Positions 35,661 through 44,925 of a stretch of DNA of 64,000 bases are shown piece by piece. The stretch covers positions 18,655 through 82,654 of the forward strand of contig JBEMAQ010000012.1 in NCBI GenBank assembly GCA_040274725.1, written 5' to 3'. Position 1 is the first letter of the stretch, and each line of letters begins with the position of its first letter. The DNA is from Solibacillus sp. (GTDB taxonomy: Bacteria > Bacillota > Bacilli > Bacillales_A > Planococcaceae). The notes below the pieces were generated by a model. That model saw only the letters and a list, made by a program, of their open reading frames with translations, did not search any database and was not told the DNA's origin. The position numbers and the translations under genes are program-made.

Positions 35661-35662
35661 TT

Positions 35663-36877
35663 TTAGCCAAGATGTGTCCCTACTTTTTTATAGACATGAT
35701 ACAAGAGAACCTTTGCTTTATAATGTTCATATTTTTTAAATCCAAAAGCATTCCGCTTTAACACTTTAGATTGATTATTAATGCCTTCTAAAAATCCATT
35801 TGAATACGGAAAGGCATAACTATTTAAAATTTCTTTTTGCCAATTTCGGAAGGTTTTGATGGCTTTTAAAAAGGCAGGATTGCCACTCTCCTCTACCTCA
35901 CGGTAAAAAGCTTCTAATCCAGCTTTCACTTTTTTTAAATCCGTTTCTTTTTTCGCGTTTGCTTGCCATGCTTTATAGCTTTCTTTCAACTCATATCCTT
36001 GTTTTAAAGCAGGTGACATCGCTAAATACCGCTCTAAATACCACCGATCTTTCTCGGTTAACTTTTCACTATTTTTATGTAAGACATATCGCATTTTCTT
36101 CAGTTTCTTTCGGTCATACGAATTGAATTCTTTTTGAACCTGACGGCGAATTTCGTCTAATGCCCAGTGAATATAACGACAATAGTGGAATCGGTCTGCC
36201 ACGATGACAGGGCTATTCAATGCACTTTTAACCGCCGCTTTAAAAGCAGGATTCATATCCATGACAACGATTTTAACCTCTGCGCCATAGGTCGCCAAAT
36301 AATGCTTAATCGTTTCTTTGCGCCGATTTGGCAAAATATCAATCGGCTCATGGGTTTCGGCATTCGCAATAATAAGCTGATACTTTCCTGCATCGGTATC
36401 GGCTTTATATTCATCAATCGCAATGGCTTTTGGCAAGGTTACACCCTCTGGTAACTGTTTCATTGCTTCCTTAAATCGGCGAATAATCGTTGTAGAAGAA
36501 GCACCTAAAACATCTGCTGCTTCTTTAAATGTCTTGGCTTTCACAGCACGAATTTGTGCGACTTGATTCCACTCTTTTGAAAAACGTTGATAGCGCGTCA
36601 CAAAAGGTGCGTTTTCATTAAAGCGTTTTCCACAAGCACATTGATAACGACGTCGTTTATAAAAAAGAATCGTTAAGCGTTCAAACCATTTTAAATGCTT
36701 CACTTTTTGCATGCGATAATCATGTACTTTTTTCGTTTTTTGCCCACATGCAGGACACGTGTGAAGCGTTTTTGGCATGGAAACATGCAGCACAAGACGC
36801 TCCTCCTGCTCCTCCATTTGATGAACAATTACACCTTTTAATCCTGGGATATTCATGTTAAAATTCATACAGCACAA
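35663..36877 (-). CDS. ISL3-family transposase
   Basis: 404 aa. N-terminal zinc finger CPACG...CACG. The remainder looks like an ISL3-family DDE transposase to me. ATG 36868 is a likelier start than TTG 36877. Confidence 0.85.
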   Translation of the reverse strand: MCCMNFNMNIPGLKGVIVHQMEEQEERLVLHVSMPKTLHTCPACGQKTKKVHDYRMQKVKHLKWFERLTILFYKRRRYQCACGKRFNENAPFVTRYQRFSKEWNQVAQIRAVKAKTFKEAADVLGASSTTIIRRFKEAMKQLPEGVTLPKAIAIDEYKADTDAGKYQLIIANAETHEPIDILPNRRKETIKHYLATYGAEVKIVVMDMNPAFKAAVKSALNSPVIVADRFHYCRYIHWALDEIRRQVQKEFNSYDRKKLKKMRYVLHKNSEKLTEKDRWYLERYLAMSPALKQGYELKESYKAWQANAKKETDLKKVKAGLEAFYREVEESGNPAFLKAIKTFRNWQKEILNSYAFPYSNGFLEGINNQSKVLKRNAFGFKKYEHYKAKVLLYHVYKKVGTHLG

Positions 36878-36994
36878 ATCACCTTTCCACTTACTTGTTT
36901 CTCAGCAATTCAAGTATATAAAAAAGTGTGATCTTGTGCTTTTTTTTGTGCAGAATTTTTCCTAAACCCCAACAAATATTATAGAACCATTTTT

Positions 36995-37043
36995 AATAAA
37001 AATAAACCTCGTATTTTGAACAAGTTTCGATTAAAATACGAGG
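36995..37043 (-). terminator. terminator of the V4R/PucR regulator gene
   Basis: cctcgtatttt (37007-37017) pairs with aaaatacgagg (37033-37043). A T-run follows on the minus strand (36995-37006). Confidence 0.7.
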
Positions 37044-37172
37044 CTTTACCTATTTTTATCGTTTTCCTGTGATTCCGTTTATATTAGAAATCGTTAATGA
37101 ACAAGAAAAACAAGCTGTTATCAAGGCTTTAAGGTCCATCTAGCAACAACACTTTCTAACATAGGTTAATAG

Positions 37173-38987
37173 CTAATTTATATAACTATTATTAAAAGAT
37201 ATAATGCCAAATCCTAATAGCGACTCCAATAATAGTAATATATATGCTGAAGTCGATGCATCTTTTAGTTCTTTATTCATTACTTTTTCAGCTTTTGAAA
37301 TCCGATAACGAATTCCACCGACTGAAAGGGCTAGCTGTTGTGCTGTTTGCTCATAATGTTGATTGTTTTTTAAAAAATTATATAACGTTGCCAGCAACTC
37401 TCTATTTTTTTCATCATCTTGTAAAAGCTCCTTTAGTTCATTTTTAGCAGTTTGATGAATAATTTCCTCACTGAAAATTTCTAGTAGAGAACCAAGTATA
37501 CCTAATTGATTATATTGTAATAGCTTTTCTTCGGATGCTGCATTCATGGCTTGAGTTGCTTGTTTGAGGCTTTGTTGAAATTGTTGAATGGAAGTATACT
37601 TATTGCTGATACCTGCTCTAATACGAAGTTCTTTAGTATTTTTTTCAATGTCACAGATAATTTTTTGAAACAACGAATGTAACGTATTCGTATTGTCAAA
37701 ATTATATACTAATATAATTAGCTCATCTGAATTTTGACTAATTAAGCCGTTAATTGAAAAGAGTTGCATTTTTTTCGCAAATAATATTAATAATTCATAA
37801 ATATTAAAGGGCTCTTTACTTATTGTGTTGGTCTGATATTTAAGGGCTAGCGTATGAAATGGTGGTTCGATTTTCGGTGTAATATATTTCGAATACAAAT
37901 TCGTTTCAGCAAAATCTTTAAACTGGTTGTGAATTAACCGGTCTAAAAAATTTATTTTTAATCGCTCCGTCGCTTCAAAACTGACGTGTTCATTTAAAAA
38001 GCAAAGGCTAGTTGCTACTGCTAGGCGTTCTATATAGAGATGGTCGTTAGAATCTATGGACTTGTCCTTTGGATAAATGAACATACAGTATGCAAATTTA
38101 TTGAATTTCAGGAAAATAGGAGAAACTAAATAAGGGCGTTGTTTATTAAATAATGGAATAGTTTGATTGATGCTATTAAGGTGATTAATCTCTTTACTCG
38201 ACATAAATAAAGTTTGCGGGAGATCATCAATTCCTTCCTTAAACAAAATTTCCCCATATAGATCTGTGACGATAATTGGTATTCGAACTAGTGAATAAGC
38301 GGTCTGTAATAATTTTTGAATGTCGTTTTGCTGCGCAATACATTCTGTAATTTGGCTATGAAAATCGGTAATTTTTTTTAGTAATGCCTCTTTTTCATAT
38401 AACAATTCGTATGTTACTTCTAATTCATTTTCGATTGTTTGATTATCAAAAATATCTAATTTCTCCCCTGATGCTTCCCAATTTTCCTTTGTCTTTACTT
38501 CAAATGTACATTGAGAATCTCCTTTAGCTACACATGTTACTTCCTTTACAAAGATTTCATGGTCTAAAATGGATGTTAAAATCCCACTGGCAAATCCACT
38601 TAATATATAGCATGTACATTCCGTGTTCTTCCCAAAGTGTTCGATATGTTGCTTTGCTTCAAAAGAATTAACCCAAATTCCACCTGCCTCAAGAATAATG
38701 AGTTGATTGTCTTCCCTAAATATTTTTCCTGAAGATGTAACATTGGATACATGGCCTAATGTAACATGTAAATTTACAGCTAGATTGATTAAAGCGTCTA
38801 TATCTTTCATCTCAATATTGAAATCTTTTGATTTTTCAATTCCTAAGTTCATGCCATATTGTAGTAAAAATCGTTTTGCTTTCGTGAATCCAAGATGTTG
38901 AATCAACACTTTTCGTAACAATCCAAAAGTATTCGACGTCATCACTAAATTGTCATCGCTATGTTCATATTTAGATACTGAATACAA
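37173..38987 (-). CDS. V4R (XylR-N-like) sensor plus PucR-type C-terminal HTH transcriptional regulator
   Basis: 604 aa. N-terminal ..CYILSGFASGILTSIL...VKEVTCVAKGDSQCTFEV is V4R-like. C-terminal LLATLYNFLKNNQHYEQTAQQLALSVGGIRYRISKAEKVM is a PucR HTH. Confidence 0.7.
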   Translation of the reverse strand: MYSVSKYEHSDDNLVMTSNTFGLLRKVLIQHLGFTKAKRFLLQYGMNLGIEKSKDFNIEMKDIDALINLAVNLHVTLGHVSNVTSSGKIFREDNQLIILEAGGIWVNSFEAKQHIEHFGKNTECTCYILSGFASGILTSILDHEIFVKEVTCVAKGDSQCTFEVKTKENWEASGEKLDIFDNQTIENELEVTYELLYEKEALLKKITDFHSQITECIAQQNDIQKLLQTAYSLVRIPIIVTDLYGEILFKEGIDDLPQTLFMSSKEINHLNSINQTIPLFNKQRPYLVSPIFLKFNKFAYCMFIYPKDKSIDSNDHLYIERLAVATSLCFLNEHVSFEATERLKINFLDRLIHNQFKDFAETNLYSKYITPKIEPPFHTLALKYQTNTISKEPFNIYELLILFAKKMQLFSINGLISQNSDELIILVYNFDNTNTLHSLFQKIICDIEKNTKELRIRAGISNKYTSIQQFQQSLKQATQAMNAASEEKLLQYNQLGILGSLLEIFSEEIIHQTAKNELKELLQDDEKNRELLATLYNFLKNNQHYEQTAQQLALSVGGIRYRISKAEKVMNKELKDASTSAYILLLLESLLGFGIISFNNSYIN

Positions 38988-39055
38988 AAGTACACCCCCA
39001 AAAAAGCAAAGTAATTATCTGTAATTATAAATACAAAAACAACTATATTACCAAC

Positions 39056-39102
39056 GAAAACACTTATTTTTTTGTGAAATACAGCAAAAACACTTATTTT
39101 TT
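39056..39102 (+). promoter_or_regulatory. two direct 16-bp repeats spaced 30 bp in the divergent promoter region
   Basis: aaaacacttatttttt occurs at 39057-39072 and again at 39087-39102, between the regulator gene and the hydrolase operon. Confidence 0.4.
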
Positions 39103-39158
39103 AACGAAATTATTTTCGCTATGATTAGTTTAAGTAACAAGAAATGGAGGAGAAGTTC

Positions 39159-40022
39159 ATGGCAACATTTGAAGAGAGACATTTGATGACAGAAGGATTT
39201 AATACCGTTTATTATCGTGCGGGAAGTAGCAATACCGAAACGTTAATTTTATTACATGGTTCGGGACCAGGTGCGAGTGGCATTTCCAATTGGAAACGTA
39301 CATTAGAAATAATGGGGGATAAGTATCAAGTCATTGCGCCTGATTTAGTTGGCTTTGGTAATACAGACATTCCAGAAAATACAAATCTTTCGTTTTGGGA
39401 GTGGACTACTTTACGCATCAAGCAGGTGCTAGCGATTATGGATCACCACCAGATTGAAAAAGCTCATTTAGTAGGAAACTCAATGGGTGGTGTCATTTCT
39501 TTACATGCGGTTATGCATGATGCATCTCGCTTTGACAAGGTTGTTTTAATGGGAAGTGGTGGAGGAAAGACGGATGGTCCAACACCAGAAATTGTACGGA
39601 TGACAAACTTCTTTAAAAACCCAACAATTGAGTCTTTCCGAAATTTAATTACGTGGTTTGTCTATGATGAATCGGTGTTAGGCGATAAGCTTGAAGAAAT
39701 TGTCCAAACACGTTACGCCAATATTATGCGTCCCGGTGTAGGTGAGCTGTATTCATCATTATTCCCGATGAATCCATTCGAGTTACTCATTCCTCCGAGT
39801 GCATTAAAGCGTATGAAACAGCCTTTTTTATTGATTCATGGATATGAAGATCAGTTTGTACCAAAGGAAAGTAGTTTAAGTTTGTTAGAATATTTACCAA
39901 ATGCTGAACTTGTATTAGTAAAGCAATGTGGACACTGGGTTCAGATTGAAAAATCAGAACGTTTTATTCAGCTTGTCGATCAATTTATCGAGAATAAAAG
40001 CCCAGAGCTTTCACTTAAATAA
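39159..40022 (+). CDS. meta-cleavage-product (C-C bond) hydrolase, alpha/beta fold (BphD/MhpC/HsaD-like)
   Basis: ATG 39159 follows atggaggag. Motifs LLHGSGPGASG.SNW, GNSMGG, HGYEDQFVP and CGHWVQIE. Confidence 0.75.
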   Translation: MATFEERHLMTEGFNTVYYRAGSSNTETLILLHGSGPGASGISNWKRTLEIMGDKYQVIAPDLVGFGNTDIPENTNLSFWEWTTLRIKQVLAIMDHHQIEKAHLVGNSMGGVISLHAVMHDASRFDKVVLMGSGGGKTDGPTPEIVRMTNFFKNPTIESFRNLITWFVYDESVLGDKLEEIVQTRYANIMRPGVGELYSSLFPMNPFELLIPPSALKRMKQPFLLIHGYEDQFVPKESSLSLLEYLPNAELVLVKQCGHWVQIEKSERFIQLVDQFIENKSPELSLK

Positions 40023-40036
40023 AAGGAGGGGTAACT

Positions 40037-41203
40037 TTGACTACACAAGTTAATGCAGAGCAATTATATAAACAGTTAATTGAAAGCGCTCACAAAATTG
40101 GTCAAATTGCCGAAGGCGAAGCAGTAGAAGCGGATAAAAATGCGACCGTTTCAATCAATGTCATTAATGCCATTAAAGAGGCAGGAATTAACCGATTAAT
40201 TATCCCGCAAGAATATGGCTTTCCCCAAATTGATTTCACAACATTCACAGATATTATAAAGCAAGTAGGTTATTATAATTTATCAGCTGCGTGGCTTACT
40301 TACTTTTTCTCGCTACACAATTCATGGGTAGCCTATTTGCCGAAAGTAAGTCGGGATGAGGTATACCGTGACGGTGGCTTGTTGGCAGATATTTTTTCTC
40401 CAGTGGGAAAAGTCGAAAAAGTTTCAAACGGCTATATTCTTAATGGCAAATGGCATTATGTAAGCGGTATCAATTATTCGCAATGGGTTGCAGTGGGTGC
40501 TTTGTTTTTTCAACAAGATAATCCTATACCAGAACGGATCGGTTTATGTGTGAAAGTATCGGATTTAGAGCTCATACAAGATTGGGATTCATTAGGTTTA
40601 CGTGGTTCAGGTAGTAATTCAATCGTTGCTAAAGATTTATTTGTTCCAGACGAGATGGTATTTAACTTCAATGAACTGATCTGTCATCGGAAATCGATAC
40701 ACGAACTAGTGGACGAGTCCTATTTATATTACAACACATCATTTTTCTCAGCATTTTTCGTTGGTTTCCCAGCGATGTCGATTGGGGCAGCTGAACGAGC
40801 GATAGAGGAATTTATTGAACGAACAAAAAAACGCGTTCGATTAGATGGCACACATGAAGGATATACGGCACGACCACAGCGCGTTGCAGCTGAACTTTCA
40901 TTAAAACTTAAAGCTGCAAAGGGTTTATTAAAAGAATATATTGAAATGCTTGAAAATGATGAAGGGCAATATCTAGCAGGAGAGTACAATGCCATTCGAG
41001 TGAAAATTGTGAATTATTGTCTAGAAATAGCCGTGAAAGTCACTTCAACACTGGGCGCAAGTGCATTAGCAAAAGGCAATCCGGTCGAAATGCTAACGCG
41101 TGACATGATTGCGATTAGTACACATGTTACTTCTTTATATGAAGATGGGATTGATTATTACGGAAAAGACCTATTTGGCATTGAAAATACATCATTAGGT
41201 TAA
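40037..41203 (+). CDS. acyl-CoA-dehydrogenase-fold flavin-dependent monooxygenase, oxygenase component (HsaA/HpaH-C2-like)
   Basis: TTG start follows ggagggg. The segments NGKWHYVSGINYSQW and GLRGSGSNSIVAKDLFVPDE align with HsaA as I remember it (NGSWNWSSG.., GLRGTGSN..VKDVFVP). Confidence 0.65.
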   Translation: MTTQVNAEQLYKQLIESAHKIGQIAEGEAVEADKNATVSINVINAIKEAGINRLIIPQEYGFPQIDFTTFTDIIKQVGYYNLSAAWLTYFFSLHNSWVAYLPKVSRDEVYRDGGLLADIFSPVGKVEKVSNGYILNGKWHYVSGINYSQWVAVGALFFQQDNPIPERIGLCVKVSDLELIQDWDSLGLRGSGSNSIVAKDLFVPDEMVFNFNELICHRKSIHELVDESYLYYNTSFFSAFFVGFPAMSIGAAERAIEEFIERTKKRVRLDGTHEGYTARPQRVAAELSLKLKAAKGLLKEYIEMLENDEGQYLAGEYNAIRVKIVNYCLEIAVKVTSTLGASALAKGNPVEMLTRDMIAISTHVTSLYEDGIDYYGKDLFGIENTSLG

Positions 41204-41216
41204 TGGAGGAATGTAA

Positions 41217-42218
41217 ATGGGAAATAAAAAATTTGATTATTTACCAGAAATCGCAAAGCTTGGACATGTGGCCCTTGAAACGACCGATTTAGAAAAGTCA
41301 TTATGGTTTTTTGAAGAAGTGGTTGGTTTAGAAAAAACAGAGGAAGTGGATGGTGTTCACTATTTACGTGCATGGGGAGATTTTGAACATCATACTTTAT
41401 CATTAAAAGCAGGGACAGAAGCGAGAGTGGACCACATTGCTTGGAAAGCAAAGCGCCGTGAAGATGTTGGCCATTTCGCTATTTTACTTCAAGATGCAGG
41501 CGTCCAAGTAGAAGAAGTAAAAGCAGGGACAGAAGTAGGTCAAGGCGATGCGATTCGTTTCCAATTGCCTACTGGCCATAATTTCGAAATCTATTTTGAT
41601 ATGGAAAAGCCTGCCGTTATGGATCCAAAGCGGAAAGCTGTTCTAAAAAACCAAACGTACAAAGCTTGGCGGAAAGGTATTTCTCCTCGTCGTTTTGATC
41701 ATGTCAATATCGCAACCAATCAACCAGCAAAAGAAGTGATTGATTTCCTAATAGAGAAGCTAGGTTTTAATATCCGTGAATATGTACGCTTACCAAATGA
41801 TGAAATTTTATCTGCATGGCTCAGTGTTACATCATTAGTTCATGATATTGCGGTGATGTCGAATCCGGAATTTAATTCGACTCATGAAATTCACCATATC
41901 TCTTATTGGTCAGATAATTCTCAAGATATTTTACGTGCTGCTGATATTTTATCTGAAAATGGCTTTACATTTATTGGACCAGGGAAGCACGGTATTTCTC
42001 AAGCTTTATATGTGTATGTGCAGGATCCAGGTAGTGGTATTCGCTTGGAGCTATTCTCCAATGGCTATCAAATTTTCGAGCCAGATTGGGAACCGATTGC
42101 ATGGGATTTAGACGAAATGTATTTAGGCTTTACTTATTGGGGTGAACAAGCTGGCGTGCCTGGACAAGTTGAGTCAACTATCAATGCAGGGAACCCAATT
42201 AAAGAGGTAACAAAATAA
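41217..42218 (+). CDS. extradiol ring-cleavage dioxygenase (catechol 2,3-dioxygenase type, VOC fold)
   Basis: 333 aa with two VOC modules (LGHVALETTDLEKSLWFFEEVVGL ; FDHVNIAT...). HHISY and a C-terminal region are typical of type I extradiol enzymes. Confidence 0.75.
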   Translation: MGNKKFDYLPEIAKLGHVALETTDLEKSLWFFEEVVGLEKTEEVDGVHYLRAWGDFEHHTLSLKAGTEARVDHIAWKAKRREDVGHFAILLQDAGVQVEEVKAGTEVGQGDAIRFQLPTGHNFEIYFDMEKPAVMDPKRKAVLKNQTYKAWRKGISPRRFDHVNIATNQPAKEVIDFLIEKLGFNIREYVRLPNDEILSAWLSVTSLVHDIAVMSNPEFNSTHEIHHISYWSDNSQDILRAADILSENGFTFIGPGKHGISQALYVYVQDPGSGIRLELFSNGYQIFEPDWEPIAWDLDEMYLGFTYWGEQAGVPGQVESTINAGNPIKEVTK

Positions 42219-42240
42219 GTCCTACAGGAGGCATTGTTTA

Positions 42241-42717
42241 ATGGATAATCGCGTATTCCGTGATGCTATGGGCAAATTTGCAACGGGTGTGACTGTCTTG
42301 ACAACGATCAATGATGGTGAGCCACACGGCATGACAGCAAATGGATTTATGTCTGTATCACTAACACCGAAGCTTGTTGTCATTTCTATTGGCCATAAAG
42401 CTAAATTTTTAGAAAAAATAAAAAAATCAGGTGTTTTTGCTGTTAATATTTTAGCTGCGCATCAACAAAATTATTCGAAAATTTTTGCTGGTCAGCAAGA
42501 TGGACAAGTAGCATTTAATGAATTAGCGGGATTACCAGTAGTGGATGAAGCACTTGCTCAAGTTGCGTGTAAGGTGACAGCGGAGCACGTTGAAGGAGAT
42601 CATACTTTATTCATTGGTGAAGTGTTAGAAGTTAAGCTAGTCCAAGGTAATCCGCTATTATTTTTCGGAGGACAATATCGCAGTTTAACACAGTTAGAGG
42701 TAATAGAAAATAGTTAA
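42241..42717 (+). CDS. NAD(P)H-flavin reductase component (HpaC/HsaB-like)
   Basis: FRDAMGKFATGVTVLTT..GEPHGMTANGFMSVSLTPKLVVISI. 158 aa. Confidence 0.8.
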   Translation: MDNRVFRDAMGKFATGVTVLTTINDGEPHGMTANGFMSVSLTPKLVVISIGHKAKFLEKIKKSGVFAVNILAAHQQNYSKIFAGQQDGQVAFNELAGLPVVDEALAQVACKVTAEHVEGDHTLFIGEVLEVKLVQGNPLLFFGGQYRSLTQLEVIENS

Positions 42718-42729
42718 TCGGGTGTCAAT

Positions 42730-42972
42730 ATGTATATTCGTCAAGCGGCAGATCCATTATTACTTTCTGAACGTGAAAAACAGCCATTGCACCACTTACA
42801 TCATCGGCGGAATCTATTTCCGTTGATGATGCGTATGCTATTCATCTTCTCCAAATAAGGATAAGCTTGCAGCTGGTGTAGCTGTAAAAAGATTAAAAAT
42901 TGGCTTAAAGCGATGCAGGAAATGCTGAAAAGTGTATTCTCTAGACTACAGCGTCATTTTGGTCTCGCGTGA
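42730..42972 (+). pseudogene. decayed N-terminal remnant of 2-keto-4-pentenoate (2-oxopent-4-enoate) hydratase
   Basis: The pieces LLLSEREKQP / IAPLTSSAESISVDDAYAIHLLQIR / DKLAAGVAVKRLKIGLK / AMQEMLK lie in successive different frames. They parallel the MhpD N-terminus (..EAIAPL..AEAAYAIQ..GRKVGLT..VQQQLGV). Nothing beyond about codon 75 is present. Confidence 0.5.
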
Positions 42973-43147
42973 TAGTTTTCCTTTTTTGTTTTCTGCGATA
43001 AAGTGACGTTTAAATTCATCTTTATATGTGATAGTTGATTCGCTCACAGCTTGTACATTGGGGTTACATTTTATTTGTACACGGCTTTTTTTATAAAGTT
43101 AATTCTAAAAAAGACTGCACTCACCGCAAGAGTACAGTCTTTTATAG

Positions 43148-44104
43148 CTATTTTATTTCTACTTTAATTGTTCGATTCAATCCATAGTTTGCGGCATCAA
43201 TATATTCTTGGATTGCTTTATTCGCCATGTCTGCATGAGGATTTAATGACTCAAAACCATGGTAGGCCCCCGCATATAAATGAAAGTCTACATCGACGCC
43301 TGCCTGTGCTAATTTGGTCACGTATTGTAGCGTCTCATCACGGAATGGGTCGAGCTGACCAACGCAAGTGTATGTGTACGGTAAGCCTTGTAATTCTTCA
43401 ATTGTTGCCCGAGCTGGCGCGGCATGGTAGGGGATATTTCCACGATCTTTTAAATTGCCCAAATACATTGACCAGCCTCGTTCATTTAAGCTGTGATTCC
43501 AAATATAGTTACCTGTAATTTCTTTATTTGAGAAGTTATCGTTTAAATCGTTTATCATCGGATACAAAGGCATTTGGAATATTAGACTTGGACCTTGGCG
43601 ATCTTTTGCTAGCAATGCTAACGCTGCGGTTAAACCACCACCCGCGCTGGCACCTGCAATACCGATACGGTTTGGATCAATATTTAACGTTTCGCTATTG
43701 TCGGCTACCCATTTCAATGCACTATAGCAATCTTCTAACGGTGCTGGGTATGGATGTTCAGGTGCTAAACGATAATCAACCGAAACAACGATACAATTAG
43801 CTTCCTTTGCAAAGCGCTGACATAAGCCGTCATCCCCTTCAGGTACGCCCATAACATAACCACCACCGTGAATCCACAATAAGGCTGGTAATGTATTGGT
43901 CGCGCCTTTTTGCTTATAAATACGGACACGTAATGCATCCCCATCTGGGCCCTCAATCATTTGATCTGCTACATCCATATCTTCAGCAATCGGTGGAGTT
44001 GGTGAGTTTGCCATTCCTTCACGTACCGCATCTAAATAATCGAAATTTAATGGGGGAAAGGCATCTAACAAACCTTGTAAATCTGGATGAACACGTTTAT
44101 TCAT
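43148..44104 (-). CDS. HSL-family esterase/lipase (alpha/beta hydrolase fold-3)
   Basis: Oxyanion motif HGGGY, nucleophile GASAGG, DPFRDE. 318 aa. Confidence 0.8.
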   Translation of the reverse strand: MNKRVHPDLQGLLDAFPPLNFDYLDAVREGMANSPTPPIAEDMDVADQMIEGPDGDALRVRIYKQKGATNTLPALLWIHGGGYVMGVPEGDDGLCQRFAKEANCIVVSVDYRLAPEHPYPAPLEDCYSALKWVADNSETLNIDPNRIGIAGASAGGGLTAALALLAKDRQGPSLIFQMPLYPMINDLNDNFSNKEITGNYIWNHSLNERGWSMYLGNLKDRGNIPYHAAPARATIEELQGLPYTYTCVGQLDPFRDETLQYVTKLAQAGVDVDFHLYAGAYHGFESLNPHADMANKAIQEYIDAANYGLNRTIKVEIK

Positions 44105-44151
44105 AAAAATTCCTCCTTTGATGACGCTTACATTTTATTTAAAAAAGCTGA

Positions 44152-44910
44152 TTAATATGCTAACCATCCTGCATCCACTGGAATGACCGCACCGTTAATA
44201 AAGCTTGCCTGCTCACTCGCCGCTAATAAAATAACGTTCGCAATATGAATGGGCTCGGCTAACTTTGGTGCATTCATCGCGCCTGAGCCTACTTTTTGTT
44301 GACCTAACGCGTTTGGATTTTTAAAGACAGTGCCCATTTCGGTATTGACGCCACCAGGCGCGAGTGCGTTACAGCGAATACCTTGATCCGCATACATAAA
44401 GGCCGTATTTTTTGTCAAACCAATGATGCCGTGCTTCGCAGTTGTATAGGCAACACCTGCACGTGCACCGCTCAGCCCCGCTGCTGAGGTTAAATTAATA
44501 ATGACACCATGCTGTTGTGGTAAAAATGCCTGCACCGCAGCACGACACATCCGCATCGTGCCGGTTAAATTAATCTCAATCACTTTTGTCCAGTAATCAT
44601 CTTGCATATCGCCCACGGGAGAAAAATTGTCCATAAAGCCTGCATTATTGACAACAATGTCAATTTTTCCGTATTCCTTTACGGTTTGCAAAAAGACCTG
44701 CTCAATATCTGTTGCGGAGGTAATATCAACTTTTATCGCCATTGCATTGCCGCCGTTTGCAATGATTTCCGTTACTGTATCATTCGCTTTTTCGATTTGG
44801 ATATCTGCTACAACAACTTTTGCCCCATGCTGAGCAAATAACTGTGCTGTTGCCTTACCAATTCCTTGTGCCGCCCCTGTAATAATGGCTACTTTTTCTT
44901 GGAGTAACAT
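44152..44910 (-). CDS. SDR-family dehydrogenase
   Basis: ATG 44910 follows aaaggag plus 10 nt and lies 15 nt after the BVMO stop. TGAAQGIG, NNAG, YTTAKHG. Confidence 0.85.
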   Translation of the reverse strand: MLLQEKVAIITGAAQGIGKATAQLFAQHGAKVVVADIQIEKANDTVTEIIANGGNAMAIKVDITSATDIEQVFLQTVKEYGKIDIVVNNAGFMDNFSPVGDMQDDYWTKVIEINLTGTMRMCRAAVQAFLPQQHGVIINLTSAAGLSGARAGVAYTTAKHGIIGLTKNTAFMYADQGIRCNALAPGGVNTEMGTVFKNPNALGQQKVGSGAMNAPKLAEPIHIANVILLAASEQASFINGAVIPVDAGWLAY

Positions 44911-44925
44911 CTCAATCACACTCCT

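Larger units (their letters stand above)
35448..36988 (-). mobile_element. ISL3-family insertion sequence (~1.54 kb)
   Basis: Imperfect terminal inverted repeats: GGTTCTccgtcaaaTGTTGGGGT (35448-35470) against the reverse complement of 36966-36988, GGTTCTataatattTGTTGGGGT. AT-rich near-identical flanks cATTTTAA and ATTTTTAA. One transposase gene. Confidence 0.75.
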
